This document shows, one piece after another, positions 29,387-37,572 of a stretch of 38,562 nucleotides of DNA. The notes beneath the pieces were generated by a model. It did no database searches, was not told the DNA's origin, and saw only the letters and a list, made by a program, of their open reading frames with translations. The position numbers and the translations under genes are program-made. The stretch comes from Clostridia bacterium (GTDB taxonomy: Bacteria; Bacillota; Sulfobacillia; DUSP01), in the NCBI GenBank assembly GCA_012842575.1, contig DUSP01000030.1, positions 1 through 38,562 of the forward strand, in the 5' to 3' direction. The stretch's first letter is position 1. Each line of letters starts with the position of its first letter.

Positions 29387-29728
29387 ATGGGTAAGGGTTT
29401 TGGCGGCATGGATTTTGGAAAGATGATGAAACAGGTTCAGAAAATGCAAGCGGACATGATGAAGCTGCAGGAGGAGCTAGCCCAAAAAACCGTGGAGGCG
29501 AGCGCGGGCGGAGGGGCGGTACGTGCCGTGGTCAGCGGGAGTCTGGAACTCAAGTCCCTTACCATTGACGCTGCGGCGATGGATCCGGACGACCCCGAGA
29601 TGCTCCAAGATCTGATCGTCGCCTGTGTGAACGAGGGCCTACGCATGGCCAGGGAAATGGTCAACGCCGAGATGTCCAAAATCACGGGAGGACTCGGGTT
29701 GCCCTCCGGAATGACGGGGATGTTCTGA
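29387..29728 (+). CDS. ybaB: Nucleoid-associated protein YbaB/EbfC (YaaK)
   Basis: [19 protein letters not shown]...G.AGGG.V......G....I.I.....DPDD.EMLQDLI..A.N.A. Lies between dnaX and recR. The ATG at 29387 follows GAGGAG. Confidence 0.93.
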   Translation: MGKGFGGMDFGKMMKQVQKMQADMMKLQEELAQKTVEASAGGGAVRAVVSGSLELKSLTIDAAAMDPDDPEMLQDLIVACVNEGLRMAREMVNAEMSKITGGLGLPSGMTGMF

Positions 29729-30333
29729 TGCGTTACCCCCGGCCCATTCTACGCCTTATAGATGAACTCGGTAAGTTGCCCGGTATCGGCCCGAAGACGG
29801 CTCAAAGGCTCGCCTTTCATATCTTGAAAGCGCCGAGGGCGGACGTGTTGAATCTGGCGGAGACATTGATAGAGGCGAGGGACAAGATCAGGCGTTGCTC
29901 TATCTGCTCAAACCTCACAGATGAGGACCCTTGCGCCATTTGTTCCGATCCGAGTCGAAATCGCGGAATAATCTGCGTTGTGGAGGATCCTAAAGACGTG
30001 ATGGTTATGGAGAGAACAGGAGAGTATAACGGAGTATATCACGTCTTGGGTGGGGCGATATCGCCCATGGAAGGAGTGGGACCCGAGGATCTGAGGTTGA
30101 AGGAGTTGGTGGATCGAGTGAAAAAGCAAGGTATCGAAGAGGTGATCATCGCCACCAACCCCGACGTTGAGGGGGAAGCTACCGCCATGTATGTCGCCAG
30201 GATCCTGTCACCGTTCGGGGTGAAGGTCACGCGGCTGGCGCGAGGGGTCCCCGTGGGCGGCGATCTCGAGTACACCGACGAAGCGACTCTCGCGAGGGCG
30301 CTGTTGGGTAGGCGAAGGATCGACGAACAGTAA
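29728..30333 (+). CDS. recR: Recombination protein RecR
   Basis: [22 protein letters not shown] (HhH), a Zn finger C.IC...T....C.IC, and the Toprim block VVE...D....E. Confidence 0.97.
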   Translation: MRYPRPILRLIDELGKLPGIGPKTAQRLAFHILKAPRADVLNLAETLIEARDKIRRCSICSNLTDEDPCAICSDPSRNRGIICVVEDPKDVMVMERTGEYNGVYHVLGGAISPMEGVGPEDLRLKELVDRVKKQGIEEVIIATNPDVEGEATAMYVARILSPFGVKVTRLARGVPVGGDLEYTDEATLARALLGRRRIDEQ

Positions 30334-30354
30334 GGAGATCGACGAAAAGCGAGG

Positions 30355-30411
30355 GTTTAACGGCTGACAAATAAGATTTAACGGCTGATAAATATAAAGA
30401 AAATATAAAGA
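30355..30411. repeat. AT-rich tandem repeats: a 21-nt unit x2 (RTTTAACGGCTGAYAAATA..) overlapping an 11-nt unit x2 (AAATATAAAGA)
   Basis: GTTTAACGGCTGACAAATAAG at 30355-30375 is followed by ATTTAACGGCTGATAAATATAAAG at 30376-30399. AAATATAAAGA occurs at 30390-30400 and again at 30401-30411. Confidence 0.9.
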
Positions 30412-30531
30412 TAGGATGTACGAATAAAGCAAACCCTTCCTGGACACCCTTCTTTTGGTAGGCAGCAATCCGCTGGATTCAGAGTATGTAGTATATGGAT
30501 TGTTGCGTGAAGGGTCGGGGAGGGACGTCCT

Positions 30532-30831
30532 TTGAATACACGGAACACACGTTTCTTGACCGGCATGAAGAGTGCCGTTTCAGGCCTCATTGACAAGGTC
30601 TTGCTCCCCCAACCACCGGAAGCGCTGAAGGAGAAACCGCCTTCGATGCTCGAAGCGGTGGAACAAGCGCGGCTTGAGTGGCTTGCCGCCAGAAGGTATT
30701 TCGAGACCGTAACGGACCCCGATTTGATCGATCACGCCGTTTATCTACTCGAGGCAGCCCAGCGCAAGTACACCTACGTATTAAAGAAGGCCAGGGAGAG
30801 CAACGTAAGAGGGAAAACGTCCACAGGCTAG
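30532..30831 (+). CDS. yaaL: YaaL-family protein (DUF2508)
   Basis: LEAVEQARLEWLAARRYFETVTDPDLIDHAVYLLEAAQRKYTYVLKKARE matches the DUF2508 pattern. The position after recR matches B. subtilis. The start is TTG 30532 or ATG 30565. Confidence 0.75.
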   Translation: MNTRNTRFLTGMKSAVSGLIDKVLLPQPPEALKEKPPSMLEAVEQARLEWLAARRYFETVTDPDLIDHAVYLLEAAQRKYTYVLKKARESNVRGKTSTG

Positions 30832-30846
30832 GAACGGAGGTGGAAA

Positions 30847-31032
30847 TTGCACAGGGCCGAGCTTCGGTTCTTCGCTCCGGGTCAGGACCATATACATCCT
30901 AGTGTAGTGGCCACATACGAGCTATGCGAAGGCTGGGGAAAGGATTCGCGGCCGTTCCGATATAGCGCTCCAACGAGGCGTTCCGGTGTAGCACTCTGGC
31001 CCGCGGCGGTCGCCGAGCTGGTCGCCGAATAG
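30847..31032 (+). CDS. Hypothetical small protein (61 aa), with no recognisable similarity
   Basis: A TTG start follows a strong SD, ACGGAGGTGG (30834-30843). It occupies the yaaL-bofA gap. There is no other support. Confidence 0.25.
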   Translation: MHRAELRFFAPGQDHIHPSVVATYELCEGWGKDSRPFRYSAPTRRSGVALWPAAVAELVAE

Positions 31033-31062
31033 ACCCGCGGGCCATGGTCGGGGGGAAGGACC

Positions 31063-31338
31063 TTGGGTATAGACGCCTTGCTCTTATATGGGGTCGGGAT
31101 CGTGCTCCTTTACCTTTTGGTAACGGTCCTCTGGGTACCTGCTAGGTATGCGTTATCCGTCCTTTATCACGGCGTACTCGGAGGCCTTGCTCTCTGGGCG
31201 TTCAATTACATTGCGGGGGCCTTCGATTTCCACTTGTCCATAAACCCCGTAACCGCCCTTGTGACCGGTTACCTTGGGATCCCGGGGCTCGGTCTCCTGA
31301 TAGCCGTTCAGAGACTATTGGCCATGAACCTTGACTGA
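31063..31338 (+). CDS. bofA: Pro-sigma-K processing inhibitor BofA
   Basis: Small two-TM protein with ...GGLALWAFNYIAGAFDFHLSINPVTALVTGYLGIPGLGLL. Conserved position after yaaL. Confidence 0.85.
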   Translation: MGIDALLLYGVGIVLLYLLVTVLWVPARYALSVLYHGVLGGLALWAFNYIAGAFDFHLSINPVTALVTGYLGIPGLGLLIAVQRLLAMNLD

Positions 31339-31498
31339 TAGTACGGGGGTTGCTAGACTATTTACGGGCTTTTCCTTTCAGTCCAATGTCTGGACCGGGC
31401 ATGCCACGGCTCGGCTCCACCATGGACAGGCCTCGCTCAGTCGTGCCGGTTTTGGGCAGTCACGGAGCGGGCTATATTCTTTTCCAGGGGGGTCACGA

Positions 31499-32083
31499 AT
31501 GAGCCAGATGCTCGAAATACGATGGCACGCCAGAGGCGGTCAGGGTGCTAAGACCGCTGCAATCCTCTTGGCGGAGGCCGCAGCGAAGGCGGGGAAGTAT
31601 ATTCAGGGTTTTCCTGAGTACGGTCCCGAAAGAATGGGCGCTCCGATGTTGGCCTTCAACAGGATCAGCGATGAGGCCATCCGAGTTCACTGCCACGTCA
31701 CCAACCCTCGTGTAGTAGTCATTCTGGACCCGACTCTTGCCGGCAAAGTAGATGTGGCCGAAGGTGTACCTGACGGCGGCATAATCTTGGTCAACACATC
31801 CGAGTCGCCCGCGAGAATGAGATCGCTATTGAAACTCGAAGGTCGACCCCTCCAGATCTATACGGTGGATGCTTCGAAAATAGCCTTGGAAACCCTCGGC
31901 CGGGATATCCCCAATACTCCTATGATGGGGGCGCTGATGAGGGTCACGAAGATTATGGATTACGACTACTTTTTAAACCTCATGAAGGGCGAGCTTGAGC
32001 ACAAGTTCAAGTCCAGACCCGAGGTAGTGGAAGGCAATATCAAGGCGATTTCGCGTGCCTACGAGGAGGTCAGGGGTGAATGA
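31499..32083 (+). CDS. porG: 2-oxoacid (pyruvate/ketoisovalerate-type):ferredoxin oxidoreductase, gamma subunit
   Basis: EIRWHARGGQGAKTAAILLAEAA... The ATG at 31499 follows GGGGGG. The track's start at 31331 is an extension. Confidence 0.9.
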   Translation: MSQMLEIRWHARGGQGAKTAAILLAEAAAKAGKYIQGFPEYGPERMGAPMLAFNRISDEAIRVHCHVTNPRVVVILDPTLAGKVDVAEGVPDGGIILVNTSESPARMRSLLKLEGRPLQIYTVDASKIALETLGRDIPNTPMMGALMRVTKIMDYDYFLNLMKGELEHKFKSRPEVVEGNIKAISRAYEEVRGE

Positions 32084-32514
32084 TCGGGCGAGCATGGAAA
32101 GAGATCCCGAGGGGGGCGGTCATACCGGAACCGGGGAACGCCCACCACTACCAAACGGGAGACTGGCGTTCTTTCAGGCCCATCTGGCTTAAAGACAGGT
32201 GTATCCAATGCTTAAGGTGCTGGATCATGTGTCCCGATTCGGCCATCATCACCGAAGACGGAAAAGTAGTCGGTATCGATTACTCACATTGCAAGGGTTG
32301 CGGTATTTGCGCCAACGAGTGCCCCGCCAAAGTGGATGCCATAAAGATGATCAAAGAAGACGAGGCCGACGACTTCGACAAAATCGCGTCGAGCATTCCG
32401 GACAGTGGGAGCGTCGGGGAGGTAAATCGTACCGAGCCGAAGACCGGTTTGCGTGCCGACGAAGGACACCGGCGTAGTGGCGCGAATGCCGGGGCTGTCG
32501 GGAGGGAGGCTTGA
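32080..32514 (+). CDS. porD: 2-oxoacid:ferredoxin oxidoreductase, delta subunit (2x[4Fe-4S]) with a ~45-aa acidic/Gly-rich C-terminal tail
   Basis: Two CxxCxxCxxxCP motifs (CIQCLRCWIMCP and CKGCGICANECP). ATGA overlap with the gamma subunit. Confidence 0.9.
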   Translation: MIGRAWKEIPRGAVIPEPGNAHHYQTGDWRSFRPIWLKDRCIQCLRCWIMCPDSAIITEDGKVVGIDYSHCKGCGICANECPAKVDAIKMIKEDEADDFDKIASSIPDSGSVGEVNRTEPKTGLRADEGHRRSGANAGAVGREA

Positions 32515-32516
32515 TC

Positions 32517-33698
32517 ATGGGAAAGAGGGTAGCCCTTACCGGTAATGAAGCTGCCGCCTTGGCCATGAAGCAAATCAACCCGGACGTCGTCGCCGCATAC
32601 CCCATCACTCCTCAAACCGACATAGTGCAGTACTTCTCCTCTTTCGTGCACGATGGCAAAGTCAAGACGGAGTTCGTCACGGTGGAAAGCGAGCACAGCG
32701 CCATGAGCGCTACCATCGGAGCGTCGGCGGCGGGCGCTCGCGCCATGACGGCCACATCTTCCCAGGGGCTCGCTTTAATGTGGGAAATGCTTTACATAGC
32801 TTCTTCTTATAGGCTCCCCATAGTCATGCCCGTGGTTAACCGAGCGCTTTCGGGTCCTATCAACATACATTGCGATCACAGCGACACCATGGGTGCCAGG
32901 GATTCCGGTTGGATCCAGCTATATAGCGAAAGCGCGCAGGAGGCGTACGACAATCTCATACAGGCCGTAAGGATTGCCGAACATCCTGACGTAAGGCTTC
33001 CGGTAATGGTCTGCTTCGACGGGTTCATCACAAGCCACGGCCTGGAAAACCTTGAAATTCTGGAGGATTCTGAGGTTAGCGAGTTCATAGGGGAATTCGA
33101 ACCCGAATACTCTTTGCTCGACCCGGAACACCCGGTCACGTTCGGCCCTTTAGCCCTTCAGAACTACTACTTCGAGTTCAAGCGGCAGCAGGCCGATGCC
33201 ATGACGAAGGTGGCCGCGGTGGTAAGGCGGGTCGGCATGGAATTCGAAAAGGTTTCCGGTCGACATTACGAGTTGTTCGAGGAGTATCGGTTAGGCGATG
33301 CGGAGATGGCGATGGTTGTGGCGAACTCCACGGCCGGAACCGCAAAAGAGGTAGTCGACGAGCTTAGGGCCCAAGGCAAAAAGGTGGGACTTTTGAAGAT
33401 AAGGATGTTTCGACCCTTCCCAAAAGAAGAGATCGCTGCGGCCCTTTCTTCCAAGCAGATCGTGGCAGTGCTCGATAGGGCCGACACTTACTCCACCATG
33501 GGCGGTCCTATATACAACGAAGTGCGTTCCGCTTTATACGACGAAAAACTACGGCCACTCACCATGAGCTACATTTACGGATTGGGCGGCCGCGACGTGG
33601 GGCTCGATGACATACGCAAGGTATTCTCCGATATGGAGGCCTCGAGGACTGCCGGGAAGGTTTCGGAGCCCATCAACTATCTAGGCGTCCACGAGTAA
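32517..33698 (+). CDS. porA: 2-oxoacid:ferredoxin oxidoreductase, alpha subunit
   Basis: ALTGNEAAALAMKQINPDVVAAYPITPQT...VESEHSAMSA. The ATG at 32517 lies 8 nt after GGGAGGGAGG. Confidence 0.93.
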   Translation: MGKRVALTGNEAAALAMKQINPDVVAAYPITPQTDIVQYFSSFVHDGKVKTEFVTVESEHSAMSATIGASAAGARAMTATSSQGLALMWEMLYIASSYRLPIVMPVVNRALSGPINIHCDHSDTMGARDSGWIQLYSESAQEAYDNLIQAVRIAEHPDVRLPVMVCFDGFITSHGLENLEILEDSEVSEFIGEFEPEYSLLDPEHPVTFGPLALQNYYFEFKRQQADAMTKVAAVVRRVGMEFEKVSGRHYELFEEYRLGDAEMAMVVANSTAGTAKEVVDELRAQGKKVGLLKIRMFRPFPKEEIAAALSSKQIVAVLDRADTYSTMGGPIYNEVRSALYDEKLRPLTMSYIYGLGGRDVGLDDIRKVFSDMEASRTAGKVSEPINYLGVHE

Positions 33699-33783
33699 GG
33701 CGGCCGAGTAAGGCGGCCGTGCAAGGCGACTGAGCAAGGCGACTCAGCAAGGTGGCCGAGCAAGGTGGCCGAGCAAAGCGCCG
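33693..33783. repeat. 7 x 13-nt tandem array (consensus GAGCAAGGYGRCY) in the porA-porB spacer, arranged as successive identical or near-identical pairs
   Basis: GAGTAAGGCGGCC x2, then GTGCAAGGCGACT and GAGCAAGGCGACT, then CAGCAAGGTGGCC and GAGCAAGGTGGCC, then GAGCAAAGCGCCG. The first unit contains the porA TAA stop. Confidence 0.95.
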
Positions 33784-33833
33784 CCCTCGATACTCGGCAC
33801 GAACGTCAATACTCGACGAGGGGGGTAGTCTTA

Positions 33834-34769
33834 ATGCCAGTACCGACAACGCTTAAGGAACTGAGCAAAAAACCCGAAATCTTGACCGGAGGACATAGAC
33901 TGTGCGCCGGGTGCGGGGCTCCGATAGCGGTACGGCAAATCCTGAAGGCGCTTGAGACCCCCGTAGTAATCGGTAATGCTACGGGTTGCCTCGAGGTGGC
34001 CACGAGCATTTACCCGTATACCGCATGGCGGTGTTCTTGGATCCATACGGCTTTCGAAAACGCCGCAGCGACGATCTCGGGCGTAGAGGCCGCGTACAGG
34101 TCTTTGAGGCGCCAGGGAAAAGTGAAGTCGGAGTTCAGGTTTATCGCCTTCGGCGGCGATGGAGGTACCTACGACATAGGCTTACAGAGCCTTTCGGGCG
34201 CCATGGAGCGCGGCCATAGAATGGTTTATGTTTGCTACAACAACGAGGCGTATATGAACACCGGTATCCAAAGGTCAAGCGCCACCCCGCTTGGCGCCGA
34301 CACCACCACGAGCCCGGCCGGATCGGCCATACCAGGCAAACCTGTGCCGAGGAAGGATCTGACTGCCATCATGGCCGCTCACAACATTCCCTACGTGGCT
34401 CAAGCGTCACCCTCCAATTGGCTCGATCTCATAAAGAAGGCCGACAAGGCATTGAACGCAGACGGACCCGCGTTCCTCAATGTTTTGGCGATCTGTCCCC
34501 GGGGATGGCGTACGGAAAGCAACGAGGGCGTAGAAATCATGAGGCTTGCGGTGGATACATGTTACTGGCCGCTTTATGAGGTGGATAACGGTGTTTGGCG
34601 GATAACGTATAAGCCGAAGGATAAGAAGCCCGTGGAAGAGTGGCTCAAGCGGCAGGGGCGGTTCAAGCACCTCTTTACTGCTGAGAACAAACACATCATC
34701 GAAGAGCTCCAGGCGGAAGTGGATAGGAATTGGCAGCGTCTGCTGGAGCTTTCGGAAAAGACGTCATAG
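33834..34769 (+). CDS. porB: 2-oxoacid:ferredoxin oxidoreductase, beta subunit (TPP-binding)
   Basis: GHRLCAGCG, and the GGDGGTYDIG TPP motif followed by NNEAYMNTG. The ATG at 33834 follows GAGGGGGG. The track's start at 33765 lies inside the repeat array. Confidence 0.93.
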   Translation: MPVPTTLKELSKKPEILTGGHRLCAGCGAPIAVRQILKALETPVVIGNATGCLEVATSIYPYTAWRCSWIHTAFENAAATISGVEAAYRSLRRQGKVKSEFRFIAFGGDGGTYDIGLQSLSGAMERGHRMVYVCYNNEAYMNTGIQRSSATPLGADTTTSPAGSAIPGKPVPRKDLTAIMAAHNIPYVAQASPSNWLDLIKKADKALNADGPAFLNVLAICPRGWRTESNEGVEIMRLAVDTCYWPLYEVDNGVWRITYKPKDKKPVEEWLKRQGRFKHLFTAENKHIIEELQAEVDRNWQRLLELSEKTS

Positions 34770-34850
34770 AGACAAGGCGTGGCCGGACCCAGACGTCATC
34801 GGAAAAGACGTAATTGAAGGCGGTAGCACACAAAGGGCGGTCGTTAATAG

Positions 34851-36344
34851 ATGGCCAAGGTCAGGGTGAGATTCGCTCCTTCTCCCACCGGCTATCTACA
34901 TGTGGGAGGGGCGCGTACCGTTTTGTTCAATTGGTTGTTTGCCCGCAATCAAGGTGGAGACTTGGTATTACGGCTTGAAGACACGGATACAGACAGGACG
35001 GTAGTAGATGCGGCCGAGCGCATAATGGAGTCCCTCCGGTGGCTGGGCATAGACTGGGACGAAGGACCCGACGTAGGTGGGCCCTATGGCCCTTATCGTC
35101 AATCTGAAAGGCGGGAATTCTATCGCGAACACTCAAAGCGTCTCCTCGAGGAAGGGCTCGCATATGAGTGTTACTGCACCCCCGAAGAGTTGGCCAAAGA
35201 ACGGGAACTAGCCAAGAGAGAAGGGAGGCCCGCCGGGTATAGTGGCAAGTGCCGCAATCTCACCAAGACCGAGCGCGAGAGGCTCAAGACCCTGGGGAGA
35301 AGGCCGGCATTACGGCTGTGTGTTCCAAGCGTTGGCGAAACCGTCGTCGAAGATCTCATACGAGGGAGCGTTTCCTTTGAAAACGCGGAGATAGGGGATT
35401 TCATCATCGTAAAATCTGACGGAATGCCCGCGTATAACTTCGCTTGCGTAGTGGATGACGTTCTCATGAAGATGACCCATATCATCCGCGGCGACGAGCA
35501 TCTTTCGAATACCCCGAGGCAGATCATGATTTATAGGGCCCTGGGGTATGAGCTGCCGCAGTTTGCGCATGTCCCGATGATATTGGCTCCGGACAGAACC
35601 AAACTTTCCAAAAGACACGGCGCCGTGAGCGTAGAAGAGTTCCGGGACGCAGGCTTCCTTCCAGAGGCGATATTGAACTATATCGCTTTGCTGGGTTGGT
35701 CGCCCCAGGACGGCGAGGAATTCATGACGAAAGACGAAATGGTGAAGAAGTTCTCCCTCCAACGCGTCTCGAGCACCCCTGCTATTTACGACATCACTAA
35801 ACTCGGTTGGATGAACGGGTGTTATATCCGGCAAAAACCCACCGAAGAGCTGCTGAACCTGACGGTGCCTTTCCTCAAAGACGCAGGGCTCGTCGACGAC
35901 GAATTCGTAAGGGATCGCAAGACGTGGTTATCCGAGGTGATTGAGTCCGTTAGGGACCGCGTCCGTACCTTGGCTGAGGTCCCGGACGCAACCTCGTTTT
36001 TCTTCGCCGGCGATTTCGTTTACGACGAAGCCGGGGTGAAGAAGTATTTTGAAAAGCCCGATGTTTTATCCATCCTTACACGTGGGCGTTCGTCCTTGGA
36101 AAACCTCGAGAGCTGGGACGCACAGAGCATCGAAACGACTTACAGGAAAGTGGCCGCGGACCTGGGAATCAAGGGCGGAGATTTGATTCATCCCACGCGT
36201 CTTGCGCTCACCGGGAGGACCGCGGGACCGGGGCTGTTCGTGATAATGTCCTTGCTCGGTAAGGCAGAAGTTTTGAAGAGACTTGATCGGGCGATAGGGT
36301 GGATCCAGAACAAGGGTACCGGCAGGACTCCCCTTGTGCCTTGA
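34851..36344 (+). CDS. gltX: Glutamyl-tRNA synthetase
   Basis: RFAPSPTGYLHVGGARTVLFNW (HIGH region) and a KLSKR (KMSKS-type) motif. 497 aa. Confidence 0.97.
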   Translation: MAKVRVRFAPSPTGYLHVGGARTVLFNWLFARNQGGDLVLRLEDTDTDRTVVDAAERIMESLRWLGIDWDEGPDVGGPYGPYRQSERREFYREHSKRLLEEGLAYECYCTPEELAKERELAKREGRPAGYSGKCRNLTKTERERLKTLGRRPALRLCVPSVGETVVEDLIRGSVSFENAEIGDFIIVKSDGMPAYNFACVVDDVLMKMTHIIRGDEHLSNTPRQIMIYRALGYELPQFAHVPMILAPDRTKLSKRHGAVSVEEFRDAGFLPEAILNYIALLGWSPQDGEEFMTKDEMVKKFSLQRVSSTPAIYDITKLGWMNGCYIRQKPTEELLNLTVPFLKDAGLVDDEFVRDRKTWLSEVIESVRDRVRTLAEVPDATSFFFAGDFVYDEAGVKKYFEKPDVLSILTRGRSSLENLESWDAQSIETTYRKVAADLGIKGGDLIHPTRLALTGRTAGPGLFVIMSLLGKAEVLKRLDRAIGWIQNKGTGRTPLVP

Positions 36345-36370
36345 ACTCCGCGCAAATACCGTGCTATAAT
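36341..36370 (+). promoter_or_regulatory. Candidate sigma-A promoter with an extended -10 (TTGAAC, 18-nt spacer, TGCTATAAT)
   Basis: -35 at 36341-36346 overlaps the gltX stop. -10 at 36365-36370 is preceded by TG at 36362-36363. It lies upstream of tRNA-Gln. Confidence 0.6.
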
Positions 36371-36394
36371 CTAAGGTGCTTTGAGAGAAAATCG

Positions 36395-36446
36395 GAGTAC
36401 TCTGAGTGAACGTAAAAATGAGTACTTTGAGTTGGACGTAGAAAAC
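36395..36446. repeat. Imperfect ~25-nt tandem duplication in the tRNA-Gln leader
   Basis: GAGTACTCTGAGTGAACGTAAAAAT (36395-36419) is followed by GAGTACTTTGAGTTGGACGTAGAAAAC (36420-36446). Confidence 0.85.
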
Positions 36447-36475
36447 AGAAGGCAGTCATCGGTATTCGATCTTGC

Positions 36476-36550
36476 TGGGGAGTGGTCTAGTGGTAGTGAC
36501 GCCAGACTCTGGATCTGGTTGCGGTGGTTCGAATCCACCCTCCCCAGCCA
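36476..36550 (+). tRNA. tRNA-Gln (anticodon CTG)
   Basis: Acceptor TGGGGAG/CTCCCCA, anticodon stem CCAGA/TCTGG, loop CTCTGGA, TTCGAAT T-loop and CCA. Confidence 0.9.
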
Positions 36551-36895
36551 TTTGATGTAGAAACCGTATACGGACTCGTCGTTGTCGTTATTATAGAAAT
36601 CGATATAGAAATCGATAATCCTTCATTCGAATGTGCTCAGCCTCTCAGAACGGTTTTCGTAATGATCGTTAACCGGCCGCGACAAGGAAAATGCGCTCGG
36701 CCGGCTATTTGTCTATGGAAGCGGTGTTTTATCGGTCGTTATCGGTCGTTCATCAGTCTCTTTTTTGCCGCTTACGTCAGTATTCGTACCCCGCGTCGGG
36801 TTGTCTTTGTCCGTCATCGGTCCTTCATCGTCGGACAAGCAACGGTCTAAGGGAGAGCGATAATGAAGATCATATCGTGGGAGAGGAGATAACCG

Positions 36896-37345
36896 GTGAA
36901 TACCTGGTCTCAAGCAGCGCTAGTCCTATTCTTGCTCACAGCCTCGGTGGCCATGGCGGTGTCGGTGGTATACGTCGTAAAGACTCTGAAACGGATTGAA
37001 GCAGCGGTTTCGTCGATGGAACGGCTCGGAGAGACCGTTTCCGGGACCGTGATGGAACTGAAATCGGAACTGAAAGGAACCTTGCTGCCCCGAACCCTAA
37101 GATTGGCGCAAGAAGCCGAAAGCGCGGTCGGCCGGGCCAACGACGTGATCGCTCAAGCTAAAGACAAGATGGAACGGCTTGATCACATTCTCCATGACGG
37201 CGAAGTGGCGGCCCGTAGCTTACGTACCACGATGCTTTTGCTGGAAAGGGTTCTTGGCTCCCCCCTCATCAACGTGGGCGGCTTCGTGGGCGGCATAGTG
37301 AAAGGGTTCCAAACGGTAAGGAGGTTAAGACGGTTAAAAGGTTGA
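36896..37345 (+). CDS. DUF948-like (YtxG-type) membrane-anchored coiled-coil stress protein
   Basis: One N-terminal TM (AALVLFLLTASVAMAVSVVYVV) is followed by helical repeats. It is paired with a YtxH gene, as in B. subtilis ytxG-ytxH. GTG start after GGGAGAGGAG. Confidence 0.55.
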   Translation: MNTWSQAALVLFLLTASVAMAVSVVYVVKTLKRIEAAVSSMERLGETVSGTVMELKSELKGTLLPRTLRLAQEAESAVGRANDVIAQAKDKMERLDHILHDGEVAARSLRTTMLLLERVLGSPLINVGGFVGGIVKGFQTVRRLRRLKG

Positions 37346-37572
37346 GAGATTAATTGGAAAGGGCGTCGGGGTAAAATGATTACGCCAAAGATTACACCGA
37401 ACAAGTTTATCGGGTCATGCGCTGAGATTGGGGTAAGATTCAGAAACGAAAAACGCTAAGATGACCCAGCAAGCCAACCCAACCGATGCGGCCAACCATG
37501 ATTCAAACAAACGAAAGCGCTAGGATGACATGAAAACCGGACGACTCCGTGTGTAAGAGGAGGCGAAACGCT

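Noticed and set aside
33693-33783. Possible CRISPR array.
   Set aside because: The units are only 13 nt and directly abutting with no spacers. There are no cas genes or leader, so this is a simple tandem repeat.
34770-34850. T-box or other leader upstream of gltX, and similarly upstream of serS at 24123.
   Set aside because: The spacers are too short (81 nt for gltX; serS overlaps mtnA) to hold a ~200-nt T-box. No specifier or T-box sequence elements were seen.
36863-36892. A 9-codon mini-ORF (MKIISWERR) with an SD, just upstream of the DUF948 gene start.
   Set aside because: It is too short to distinguish from chance. Its apparent SD and its sequence overlap the SD region of the downstream gene.
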